DNA of 64,000 nucleotides, from positions 31,508 through 95,507 of the forward strand of contig CAYFMJ010000003.1 of assembly GCA_964344235.1 (NCBI GenBank), given 5' to 3'. This DNA is from an uncultured Methanosarcinales archaeon (GTDB lineage: Archaea > Nanobdellota > Nanobdellia > Woesearchaeales > GW2011-AR9). The translations under genes were made by a program, and so were the position numbers. How positions within the stretch are numbered: position 1 is the stretch's first letter; the number at the start of each line of letters is the position of its first letter. The notes under the pieces are model-generated. The model ran no database searches. It saw only the letters and a list, made by a program, of their open reading frames with translations, and had not been told where the DNA came from. Below are positions 40,759 through 49,266 of this stretch, piece after piece.

Positions 40759-41019
40759 ATGAGAAAACAAAAACTAACGAGGTGGTTATTTATGGAAGAA
40801 AATAAATTTATGAATAAAGAGGATCTAAGCAAGCTAGCTAAAGAAGTTGTGAAAATTTTGAAGAATGACGAAGAGTATGCTCAATTTGTTGGTAGCGAAG
40901 TTCAAGATTATCTTGAAAAAACTAAAATACGAGAACATATTAATGAAATTGATGAACTAAAAAAAGAATTTAAACAATTATTATCTGAAGTAAAAGGCAA
41001 AGCTAGACAAGAACCATGA
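40759..41019 (+). CDS. Element hypothetical coiled-coil protein
   Basis: GAGGTGG RBS suggests a start at MEEN. Confidence 0.55.
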   Translation: MRKQKLTRWLFMEENKFMNKEDLSKLAKEVVKILKNDEEYAQFVGSEVQDYLEKTKIREHINEIDELKKEFKQLLSEVKGKARQEP

Positions 41020-41022
41020 TTT

Positions 41023-41181
41023 TTACTTCTTTCTTTTCATATACTGATTAATGAATCTTTCTAGTACTGTCCAGACTTTTTCTCTTCTTTTCTTGACTTC
41101 ATGAGTAAAATCAATCCATTTATCTCTATTCCCTCGGAAGGACAATGAATCATCCTCGGACGAACCCTTTTTTTTTGCCAT
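41023..41181 (-). CDS. Putative RHH/CopG-like repressor, 52 aa, not in the ORF track, divergent from the integrase
   Basis: MAKKKGSSEDDSLSFRGNRDKWIDFTHEVKKRREKVWTVLERFINQYMKRKK. Confidence 0.55.
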   Translation of the reverse strand: MAKKKGSSEDDSLSFRGNRDKWIDFTHEVKKRREKVWTVLERFINQYMKRKK

Positions 41182-41544
41182 GTGGTACAATGCTATTGTC
41201 TTACTATATAAATATTTACATTAATTTAGGGCAATCTTTATATATCTCCTATGTCCCACAGTGACAAAGTGCTACAAATAAAAAAGTACGTAAATGGAAG
41301 AAATTTAGGCTTATTTATCCCAAAAAAGAGAAATATAGTATTATTCTCTCAGAAAGGGATAAGGATAAGTGAAAATTGTACCATGTTAGTGGTGAAAAAG
41401 GCAACACAATATCAACCATGCCGTAATCCTAGTTTAAAGGGGGCGGTATGTGATAGCAAGAGCCCCAACATCTGTTTTTACTTGTTGGGTAGTTAAGAGT
41501 TGGAGCTGTGCCTGCTGTCTCCAAAAAAAATGGAGGTGGTAGGT

Positions 41545-42396
41545 ATGCTACCAAATAGAATAAGGTATGTGAAAATGGGTAAATCAACCCTAGCGAAAAA
41601 AATAACGGAAGAGGAATTGCAGACATTCTTTGACGCAATTCCAAGAGTGACAAAAAGGAGCACGTATTGGCTCACATTGTTTATGACTCTAAGCGATGCT
41701 GGGCTTAGAGCAGGTGAGGCAGTGAGATTGAAAATAAATGATATCCATCAGGAGAAGAATATCATTACAGTACACCAGCAAAAGAATGGCGTAGATCATG
41801 AAGATACGCCTTTTACTCAAAGGTTGAGAGAACAACTCAACAAATTTATTGCCTTATATCATAAACAAATCAAAGAGAGTGGGGACTATATGTTCTTCAC
41901 TCAATATACAGTTAGGGGTCAAGATGTTATAGGCGAGGGTGAGCACATTAAGACTTCTAATTTACGAAAGATGTTCAATAAAGTAAGGGCTGAAGCAGCC
42001 ACTGTCATGCCAAGCATAGGAAGAGCTTATACAAAGAGGACAACAAAAGACGTTACCAATGGTAATGCTCCATGTAAGGCACTTGGCAGGCCTCTGATGG
42101 TAATTACGCCCCACACTTTAAGACATCGCTTTATACAGCGAATAGCGGACCAGGAGGGACTCTTTAAGGCCCAACAGTGCGCTAGACACCTACATTTTTC
42201 TTCTACCTTAGTCTATGCAAAAAAGAGCATGAAAGCAAAAGTTGAAGCAATAAACAACACGTTTGATTCCGAGAAGAAGGACCAAGCAGAAGAGATTAAT
42301 GAATTAAAAGAACAGGTTGCAAGCCTTACAAAAATGCTTCAGGATAATATGAATATTCTGAAGTTCATTAAGGGGGTGAATGGAGGAAATGAATAA
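41545..42396 (+). CDS. Tyrosine recombinase/integrase: catalytic domain with C-terminal coiled coil
   Basis: AGLRAGE (R), QKN (K), PHTLRH (H-x-x-R), HLHFSSTLVY (H..Y); GGAGGTG RBS before ATG 41545. Confidence 0.92.
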   Translation: MLPNRIRYVKMGKSTLAKKITEEELQTFFDAIPRVTKRSTYWLTLFMTLSDAGLRAGEAVRLKINDIHQEKNIITVHQQKNGVDHEDTPFTQRLREQLNKFIALYHKQIKESGDYMFFTQYTVRGQDVIGEGEHIKTSNLRKMFNKVRAEAATVMPSIGRAYTKRTTKDVTNGNAPCKALGRPLMVITPHTLRHRFIQRIADQEGLFKAQQCARHLHFSSTLVYAKKSMKAKVEAINNTFDSEKKDQAEEINELKEQVASLTKMLQDNMNILKFIKGVNGGNE

Positions 42397-42664
42397 GCAA
42401 GAAACCAAATATCTCTTAGAAGTTTACAAAGATTGTCTAAAACTTGAAAGGCAGAACCAATTAACAGAGCATGGTGCTGGAATGGGCGAATTAGCTTCTA
42501 TTCTTCTCAAGAAGCACAGAGAATTCAAGCATCTGAAAGAAAGGGAGAAATTGAAATGCCTATCTTGTAAGAAGGCTTATTGGGTATCTAATGAAGAGAG
42601 ATGCGTTTTTTGCGATTCAAAAAAGGTAGTGAAGGCAAATGCCCCTCTACCAGTTAAACACTAA
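42380..42664 (+). CDS. Zinc-ribbon element protein
   Basis: CLSC..CVFC. Confidence 0.65.
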   Translation: MEEMNKQETKYLLEVYKDCLKLERQNQLTEHGAGMGELASILLKKHREFKHLKEREKLKCLSCKKAYWVSNEERCVFCDSKKVVKANAPLPVKH

Positions 42665-42680
42665 CTTGGAGGTAATACCA

Positions 42681-42986
42681 ATGAAAGAAAACAAAAAACT
42701 AGCCGTAGGCATAAAAAAGGACTTTACTAAGAAGAAATCCGGAAGAAAAAGAGTATCACACAGGGAAGTGTGTTATAGAATTCTAAAGGAGAGAGGTAAG
42801 CCAATGCATTACAAAAAAATAACGGAAGAAGTTCTAAAGGAATGTAAGTCAGTAGGTAAGACTCCGCAAAATACAATGTATGCTAGAATGTTAACAGACA
42901 AGAAAAGATTCAAACTTCTTGGCAAGGGAAAGTTTGCTCTCTTAGAATGGGAAAACAAAGCGAAGGTGATTAAGAATGCCAAATGA
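42681..42986 (+). CDS. HARE-HTH domain protein
   Basis: EVCYRILKERGKPMHYKKITEEV...GKTPQNTMYARM..RF...GKG.F.L; GGAGGT RBS. Confidence 0.8.
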   Translation: MKENKKLAVGIKKDFTKKKSGRKRVSHREVCYRILKERGKPMHYKKITEEVLKECKSVGKTPQNTMYARMLTDKKRFKLLGKGKFALLEWENKAKVIKNAK

Positions 42987-43332
42987 AATTGGAATTGTAT
43001 CTAAAGTCAAACCACGGGACAAAACTTACAGTGTTGCAGTAAACAAACAATGGTTTGGTGGTTTCGGTAAGTGTCCTGTACTTGAAGGAGAAACAGTGAA
43101 AATTGAATGGAAGCAGAAAGGTGACTTTAAGAATATATTAAAAATAGAGAAAGTAGAACCTGTATTTCAAGATGAGCTACAACAAGCTCCTGAAATTGAT
43201 TCTAGGATCAATGATATAAGGCTTCAGGTTTGTGTAAAAGCTGCAGCCGGAGTGTTTGCAGGAACAAAAATCAACCCATCAGAAATTGCTGAGTATTCAA
43301 GGAACTTGTTTAAGGAATTGTGGGGGAAGTAA
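42976..43332 (+). CDS. Possible OB-fold ssDNA-binding protein
   Basis: Beta-rich N-half (GETVKIEWKQKGDFKNI) and helical IRLQVCVKAA tail; tentative. Confidence 0.4.
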   Translation: MPNEIGIVSKVKPRDKTYSVAVNKQWFGGFGKCPVLEGETVKIEWKQKGDFKNILKIEKVEPVFQDELQQAPEIDSRINDIRLQVCVKAAAGVFAGTKINPSEIAEYSRNLFKELWGK

Positions 43333-43333
43333 T

Positions 43334-43516
43334 ATGACTAAAGCAACAGAAGAGCTAACAAATGAGAAACAAGACAGCATAAAATTAAGCAAGAATTCAA
43401 AGGGTTATGTCTGGGAAATCAAACGATATTACGATTTCTCAAAGACAAAGCCAGAAGATGTAATTAAACAGCTTGGAGAGATAGATAAAGAGCTTAAAGA
43501 GAAATTTGGAGGTTGA
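43334..43516 (+). CDS. Element hypothetical protein
   Basis: SIKLSKNSKGYVWEIK; ATG 1 nt after the previous stop. Confidence 0.65.
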   Translation: MTKATEELTNEKQDSIKLSKNSKGYVWEIKRYYDFSKTKPEDVIKQLGEIDKELKEKFGG

Positions 43517-43522
43517 ATTATC

Positions 43523-43780
43523 ATGAGTGAATGGTTTAAGAAAAAGTTTCCTGGGCTTACTAGTGAAGTTGGAGAAGTGACTCAGAGAGAGTGGAAGGAG
43601 GCAAAGAAAGCTTACTTAGAATGGAAGAAACAGGAAATGTTGTCTCCGGAGAACATTGAAAAACATTGTCTTGATAAAGAGCTGGTAAGGAAAGCAGTGG
43701 GAAAATTAATTTTATTGAATCAAGAGGATCCAAAATTAAGAAAGTGGTACAATGTTATCACAAAAGAACTGGGCCTTTGA
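43523..43780 (+). CDS. Element hypothetical protein
   Basis: GGAGGT RBS. Confidence 0.65.
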   Translation: MSEWFKKKFPGLTSEVGEVTQREWKEAKKAYLEWKKQEMLSPENIEKHCLDKELVRKAVGKLILLNQEDPKLRKWYNVITKELGL

Positions 43781-43863
43781 GAGCAAAAATGCGGAAACCG
43801 AAAAGCATAAATAGATGTACTACTTTACTCATTCTAGACATGCACTTAAAATTAAGTGTGTGT

Positions 43864-43959
43864 AAAAAGTAACGAAACACCACAAAAAAAGTAACGAAAA
43901 CTGAAAAATGCCAAGCGTAACGGAAATGTGGGAACTCGTGAATTCTTAAGCAACGGAAA
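43864..43959 (+). repeat. Four direct copies of the end motif: two AAAAAGTAACGAAA, two degenerate G(T/C)AACGGAAA
   Basis: At 43864, 43884, 43917 and 43948. Confidence 0.75.
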
Positions 43960-43969
43960 TAGGCAATTA

Positions 43970-43985
43970 TCGTGACTTTTTGAGT
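43970..43985. repeat. attR: TCGTGACTTTT-TGAGT
   Basis: Arm is the reverse complement of 29425-29436; TGAGT is shared with attL. Confidence 0.8.
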
Positions 43986-44543
43986 TTACCAATAATTCAA
44001 GGAGAACTTCGTATAAATATTGATGGGCGTTTTTTAGCAAGTCCCGACAATGATTTCTTAGCTGTAATAAGGGATGATGATTAGAGAGTTGGTTGCTTAT
44101 ATGGCCAGGGAAGTAGGTTTTTTCGAGCTGGAGATTTTGGAAACCAAGAAGCTGCAAGAAGATATTTACAGGAGTTAGAACCCGAAGTCGCCAGGTTTTT
44201 TGGTTATGGAAGAAGGTTACCATGGCAAGTTAAAAAATTGAGAGATTTGTCTCAAGGAAAGGATCTGCCACATGACCCCAAGATGGATGGTGGGAGTGAT
44301 GTTGTTAGAAGAGAAACTATCGATACACTACTTCTAACCACAATTATTTTTGAGACGGAGCCAGGGAAGAGTGCTTTTGCTACAGTTTATGCAACTCCCG
44401 CACCTCTTGAGCAAGGAGTAGTTGACAGAGGGTGTTTATATCTTGACGTAGCACAGATATCTGACCCGGGAGGCATGCACATGCCTGCAGCTTCTGTATT
44501 TGAACGAAAGGCCAGGAGAAGGTGTATAAGAGAAGTGTGGTAA
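43983..44543 (+). pseudogene. 3' part of the interrupted host gene, with one in-frame TAG at 44082
   Basis: One frame reads SLPIIQGELR..DDD*RVGCLYGQG..KLRDLSQGK..EVW and includes track ORF 44238-44543. Confidence 0.65.
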
Positions 44544-44583
44544 TGAGCATACATTTTTAAATCTTGAGAATCTCTTTAGAATC

Positions 44584-45243
44584 ATGCCAAAAAAGAGGTC
44601 TAAAGAAACTATTGTGGTGATGAGTGCCCACACAGATGATTTTGTAATAGGGGCAGGTGGAACTATTCTAAATTATTTGAAAGAGGGGAAAGAAGTGATT
44701 GCCGTTGTTTTCTCATTAGGAGAAAAGTCGCATCCCTGGTTAAAAGATGGTGTGATTAAAGATATTCGAAAGAAGGAAACGTTTGATGCGTTAAATATTA
44801 TGCCCTGTAAGATTCGTTTTTTAGATTTAGGTGATCAAGCTATTTACAAAGATTTTACAAAGCAGAAAAAAGTAAGAGAAAAATTGCAGAAAGTATTTGA
44901 TAAAAAACCAACGAAAATTTTTACACATAGTAGTGAAGATCCCCATCCAGATCACCGGGCGGTACACAAGATAACATTAGAGATGTATGAGAAGCTTAAT
45001 GGGAAAAAAAAGCCAGAGGTGTATATTTACTCTGTTTGGAATCCAGTATCGTTTAAAACACAATTTCCATCGTTATATGTTAATGTGACGAAGACGTTTT
45101 TCAAGAAATTAAAAGCGTTAAAGACGTTTGAAAGTCAGAAATTTGCAGTTGTTTACCCAACGTTCTTACTGATGTGGCGGGCGTTTAAGGATGGGTTCAA
45201 AATCCGAACGTGGTTTGGGGAGCATTTTTTTAGGATAAAATGA
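44584..45243 (+). CDS. PIG-L/LmbE-family deacetylase
   Basis: AHTDDFVIGAGG, DPHPDH, K..AL..FESQ. Confidence 0.88.
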   Translation: MPKKRSKETIVVMSAHTDDFVIGAGGTILNYLKEGKEVIAVVFSLGEKSHPWLKDGVIKDIRKKETFDALNIMPCKIRFLDLGDQAIYKDFTKQKKVREKLQKVFDKKPTKIFTHSSEDPHPDHRAVHKITLEMYEKLNGKKKPEVYIYSVWNPVSFKTQFPSLYVNVTKTFFKKLKALKTFESQKFAVVYPTFLLMWRAFKDGFKIRTWFGEHFFRIK

Positions 45244-46382
45244 CAGAGAAAGCAACGGTGTTAATGGTAGCGGATAGATATTTTCCGAAGGTAGATGGCG
45301 TGCTGATATTTATGGAAGAGTTCATGAAACGGGCCCAGGATTCGTTTGAGTTACGTGTGCTTGTTCCAAAGATGAAAGGAAAGAGTTCTAAATTCAAAAA
45401 AATTCCAACAGCGTACTTAGAAGTATCAGAGAAGTGGAAATTGGCTGGCTATCCAAGTATTAAATTCTCATCTAAGAATAGAACGGCGATTAAGAAAGCA
45501 GTAAAAGCAGCAGATATTGTGTTTGTGCAAGAGATAGCTCCGACAGGATATTATGCAGCAAAATATGCAAAGCGGTTCAAAAAGAAAAGTGTGTTATATA
45601 TTCACAATACACATTGGGATTTTATTATCCAATATTTCTCACTCTCGCCATTACTTGCTGGTATTGTGAAACGGTTTTTTGTGAGGGTGTTCAATAAATT
45701 CTCATTGTTATTGTTACCATACCCTGATCTTGAAAGGGAAATGAGGGAGGCAGGTGTGAAAAGCCCATGCAAGATTGCTCGGTTGGGTGTTGATATTCAA
45801 CGATTTTCTCCAGCTAAGGACAAAAGTGCAGCGAAAAAAGCAATAAAGTTAGATCCAACAAAAACAGTTGTAGGATATGTGGGCAGGGTTTCCACAGAGA
45901 AGAATATTCCTGTTCTCTTATCAGCGTTCAGAAAGTTACATGATCCAGAGAAATATCATTTGTTAATTGTCGGTGACGGTTCTCCAGAGATTATTGCAAA
46001 GTGTAAGAAACTGCGTAATTGTACCGTCACTGGGTTTGTGGAGAACGTAGAGAAGTATGTAAAAGCAATGGACATTTTTGTGATGCCGTCGCGGACAGAA
46101 ACTACGTCTTTGGCTACACTCGAAGCAATGGCGTCGGGTGTTGCAGTGATCTCTTCCCGCGTAGGGTTTATGCAGACGTATATTAGAAAAGATCAAAATG
46201 GGATGTTCTTCCCGAAGAATAATCCTGCGACGTTGGCGTTGAAAATAGAGAAGTTACGGAAAGATGAAGAATTACGGGAAACGCTTGCAAATAACGGGAG
46301 GAGAATGGTTGCTTATAGCTTCTCTTGGGAGCGATCGATTAATAGGGTTATCAGGTTGCTGATGGATGTGTTTCATAAATAA
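45240..46382 (+). CDS. GT4 glycosyltransferase
   Basis: YFPKVDGV, YVGRVSTEKN, DIFVMPSRTET..LEAMASG. Confidence 0.92.
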   Translation: MTEKATVLMVADRYFPKVDGVLIFMEEFMKRAQDSFELRVLVPKMKGKSSKFKKIPTAYLEVSEKWKLAGYPSIKFSSKNRTAIKKAVKAADIVFVQEIAPTGYYAAKYAKRFKKKSVLYIHNTHWDFIIQYFSLSPLLAGIVKRFFVRVFNKFSLLLLPYPDLEREMREAGVKSPCKIARLGVDIQRFSPAKDKSAAKKAIKLDPTKTVVGYVGRVSTEKNIPVLLSAFRKLHDPEKYHLLIVGDGSPEIIAKCKKLRNCTVTGFVENVEKYVKAMDIFVMPSRTETTSLATLEAMASGVAVISSRVGFMQTYIRKDQNGMFFPKNNPATLALKIEKLRKDEELRETLANNGRRMVAYSFSWERSINRVIRLLMDVFHK

Positions 46383-46466
46383 ACCCCATATATATCGCCC
46401 CCAGAGCATATAGATATAGAGCATAAACGAAACATTTAAAAGACCTTTACAACCGTTGTGATTTTC

Positions 46467-46703
46467 ATGGAAGACTTTCTATTAGATACAGGAAATGAAG
46501 AGACACCCTCCATCGAGGATGGCGCAGTAGACTCTTCAGAAGAAGCGTTCATGAAGGGCTATGAAGACGAAGGAAACGCAAAAGCATGTCCAGAATGTGG
46601 CATGGCCTTTGACGAAGGTGTGACAAAAGAGGTTGATGGAGAAGTCCAGACATTTTGCTCGACCGGATGTGCGGAAGATTACGAAGAAAGTCTTGGTGCT
46701 TAA
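46467..46703 (+). CDS. Small acidic metal-binding protein (CxxC..FCSxxC, TRASH-like)
   Basis: CPECG...FCSTGCAE. Confidence 0.65.
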   Translation: MEDFLLDTGNEETPSIEDGAVDSSEEAFMKGYEDEGNAKACPECGMAFDEGVTKEVDGEVQTFCSTGCAEDYEESLGA

Positions 46704-46987
46704 TGCATTGAAAGGATCTCTTTTAATTCATCGGTTGGTTGCCAGGGTGGGTTGAATGTTATTTCAATCTCAACGTTTGCAACACCTGCTTCTTTCATTT
46801 TTTCTTTTAATGATTTTACTAACTCCGGCCCGAACGGACAGAACGGAGAGGTAAAGGTCATTTTAATCCACACGTTATTTTCTTCAATTTTTTTATCGTA
46901 AATTAACCCTAAAGTCCAAATATCAATATTTAATTCAGGATCTTCAACTTGTTTACAGGCTTCGATAAATTGTCCTTCACTAAGCAT
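46700..46987 (-). CDS. sufT: DUF59/SufT Fe-S assembly protein
   Basis: VEDPELNIDIWTLGLIY, TFTSPFCP, FNPPW. Confidence 0.9.
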   Translation of the reverse strand: MLSEGQFIEACKQVEDPELNIDIWTLGLIYDKKIEENNVWIKMTFTSPFCPFGPELVKSLKEKMKEAGVANVEIEITFNPPWQPTDELKEILSMH

Positions 46988-47711
46988 GTGCAATCATCCC
47001 CGTAAAGCCTGTTTCTTCAATCTCATGTGCGAGGTCTGCATCTCCTTGTTTGATGATTTTTCCTTCATAGAGAATGCTCACTTCATCCGGTTGCAGGTAC
47101 TCCAAGAAACGCTTGTAGTGTGTAATTACAATAATTGCCCTATCCTTCTTGACTTTGTTGATTCCTTCTGCGACAATTCTGATTGCATCGACATCAAGAC
47201 CAGAATCTGTTTCATCGAGTAAAGCGTACTTTGGTTCTAATACCATTAGCTGTAACATTTCTGCTTTCTTCTTCTCTCCACCAGAAAATCCGTCGTTAAG
47301 ATATCTGCGGCTGAATGAAGAGGGAATGTGCAGTTCGGCCATCTTTTCTTTGAGAAGTGCGTGGAATTCTACCACAGAGTACGGTGTTTCTCGTTTGGTG
47401 TTGACTGCAGCGCGGAGGAATTTGCCGATTGTTACACCAGTGATAGCAGAGGGGTATTGAAATGATAAAAATAATCCTGCTTTCGCCCGGTCTTCTGGGG
47501 TGGCATGGGTAATATCTTTGCCATCAAGAAGTATTTGGCCTTCCGTGATGATATATTTAGGATGTCCCATGATTGCCTGTGCTAGAGTTGATTTCCCAGA
47601 ACCGTTAGGGCCCATCAACGCATGGACTTTTCCAGGAGTAAATGTGAGAGAGATGCCTTTAATGATTTCGGTGTTATCAACGGATACATGGAGGTTTTTA
47701 ATTTCTAACAT
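46980..47711 (-). CDS. sufC: Fe-S assembly ABC ATPase SufC
   Basis: GPNGSGKST, FLSFQYP, GFSGGEKKK, LDETDSGLDVD. Confidence 0.95.
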   Translation of the reverse strand: MLEIKNLHVSVDNTEIIKGISLTFTPGKVHALMGPNGSGKSTLAQAIMGHPKYIITEGQILLDGKDITHATPEDRAKAGLFLSFQYPSAITGVTIGKFLRAAVNTKRETPYSVVEFHALLKEKMAELHIPSSFSRRYLNDGFSGGEKKKAEMLQLMVLEPKYALLDETDSGLDVDAIRIVAEGINKVKKDRAIIVITHYKRFLEYLQPDEVSILYEGKIIKQGDADLAHEIEETGFTGMIAHA

Positions 47712-48082
47712 AATGCACCTCGGACTGTTTTTATGGAAAGTGTTGCACATTTCATTCTGGTGTGGCTAATAGGTATGCCAAGAAGTTCGATGATCGTTTG
47801 ATCGCTGATTTGTTTTATTTGGTCTACTGTTTTGTTTTTGATATGGTCGGTTAACATAGAAATAGCTGCTTGACTAATTGCACAACCATGCCCGTCAAAT
47901 GTTGCTTCTGTTATGATGTTGTTTTCTACGTGTAAGAAAATGGTAATTTCATCGCCACATAATGGATTTAATTCGCGATGGGAATGCGTTGCATGTTCCA
48001 ATGTCCTTTTATTACGAGGGTTTTTGTAGTGATCTAACACGTTCTCTTTGTACATTTCCTGTTCTTCTGTCACAGCCATCAT
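47705..48082 (-). CDS. sufU: SufU/IscU-type scaffold
   Basis: LDHYKNPRN, NPLCGD, GCAISQA, RMKCA. Confidence 0.92.
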   Translation of the reverse strand: MMAVTEEQEMYKENVLDHYKNPRNKRTLEHATHSHRELNPLCGDEITIFLHVENNIITEATFDGHGCAISQAAISMLTDHIKNKTVDQIKQISDQTIIELLGIPISHTRMKCATLSIKTVRGALC

Positions 48083-49266
48083 GCGAACACCACCTGCACT
48101 TTTTTGAGTGTGTTACATAATGCGTCAATCTCTTCTTTCGTATTGTAGAGGTAGAACGATGCTCTTGTGGTTCCAGGAAGGGTTAGTTGTTTCATCAACG
48201 GCATTGCGCAATGATGACCCGCCCGTACAGCAATGTTACTTCTGTTCAAAATCTCAGCAACATCGTGAGGATGGATGCCGTCAATGGTAAATGAGATAAC
48301 AGGACCACGGTTTTCGGTCGTTGGTCCGACGATGGTGATTGATGGATTCTCTGAAAGTTTCTGTAATGCGTACTGTGTTAGTTCTTTAGTGTGGTTTTCA
48401 AGTTCTTGCATACCAATAGTTTGTAAAAAATCAATAGCAGCTGCCAAACCGATAGCTCCAGCGATATTCGGTGTGCCTGCTTCAAATTTTGTTGGGGAAG
48501 TGGTCCAAGTTGAGTCTTCTGTCGTGACTTCGTGAATCATTCCACCGCCGAATTGTACTGGAGAGAGGGTTTGTAAACGTTCTTTTGTTCCGTATAGAAC
48601 ACCAATACCTGTTGGCCCACACATTTTATGGCCAGAAAAGACAAGAAAATCTGCGTTTAACTGTTCCACATCAACAGACATGTGAGGAACAGATTGTGCT
48701 GCATCCACAACGATTGTCGCGTTAACGTTGTGAGCGAGTTGAGTGAGTTCTTTAATGGGATTGATAGTGCCAAGAACGTTTGACATGTGTGTTACCGCAA
48801 CGATTTTTGTTTTTTCTGTGATCAGTTGTTTTGCTTTTTCCATGTCAAGTTGGTAATTGTCAGTGAGAGGAATAAATTTGAGGGTTGCGTTTTTCTGTTT
48901 TGCGAGTTGTTGCCATGGTACAAGATTAGAGTGGTGCTCCATTATTGTGAGAACGATTTCATCGCCCGCTTGTATTGTTGGAGCGAGCATGTGAGCAAGT
49001 ATGTTGATACTCTGCGTTGTACCAGACGTAAAAACAATTTCCTCCGGTGCAGCGTTGATGAATCTCGCTACAGTTTTCCGAGCATTTTCGTAGGCAATGC
49101 TCGCTTTTTCTGACAAATTGTAAATGCCACGATTGATGTTAGCGTTCTGTGTGTTGTAGAAATTGTTGATGGCATCCAGAACACGTTGCGGTTTTTGCGT
49201 TGTTGCAGCATTATCTAGGTAAATCGTTCCTGTTTGTGCAAGTAATGGGAATTCCGCGCGCTTCAT
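48079..49266 (-). CDS. sufS: Group II cysteine desulfurase SufS
   Basis: YLDNAATTQKP, EHHSNLVPW, FSGHKMCGPTG, RAGHHCA. Confidence 0.96.
   Translation of the reverse strand: MKRAEFPLLAQTGTIYLDNAATTQKPQRVLDAINNFYNTQNANINRGIYNLSEKASIAYENARKTVARFINAAPEEIVFTSGTTQSINILAHMLAPTIQAGDEIVLTIMEHHSNLVPWQQLAKQKNATLKFIPLTDNYQLDMEKAKQLITEKTKIVAVTHMSNVLGTINPIKELTQLAHNVNATIVVDAAQSVPHMSVDVEQLNADFLVFSGHKMCGPTGIGVLYGTKERLQTLSPVQFGGGMIHEVTTEDSTWTTSPTKFEAGTPNIAGAIGLAAAIDFLQTIGMQELENHTKELTQYALQKLSENPSITIVGPTTENRGPVISFTIDGIHPHDVAEILNRSNIAVRAGHHCAMPLMKQLTLPGTTRASFYLYNTKEEIDALCNTLKKVQVVFA

Larger units (their letters stand above)
29418..43985. mobile_element. Integrated defective provirus-like element, ~14.6 kb
   Basis: TGAGT direct repeat at 29418 and 43981, end-clustered AAGT(A/C)ACGAA motifs, tyrosine recombinase, ParB-MTase, terS-like, tail-fibre-like and holin-like genes, strong GGAGGT RBSs, codon usage unlike the flanks. 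Confidence 0.88.

Noticed and set aside
41251-41675. ORFs 41251-41496, 41429-41653 and 41493-41675 upstream of the integrase
   Set aside because: Mutually overlapping, no RBS or motif; probably promoter region
29404-43985. End motifs as Tn7/Mu/casposon terminal inverted repeats or a CRISPR array
   Set aside because: No DDE transposase, Cas1 or TG..CA termini; copies are short and irregularly spaced with no spacers
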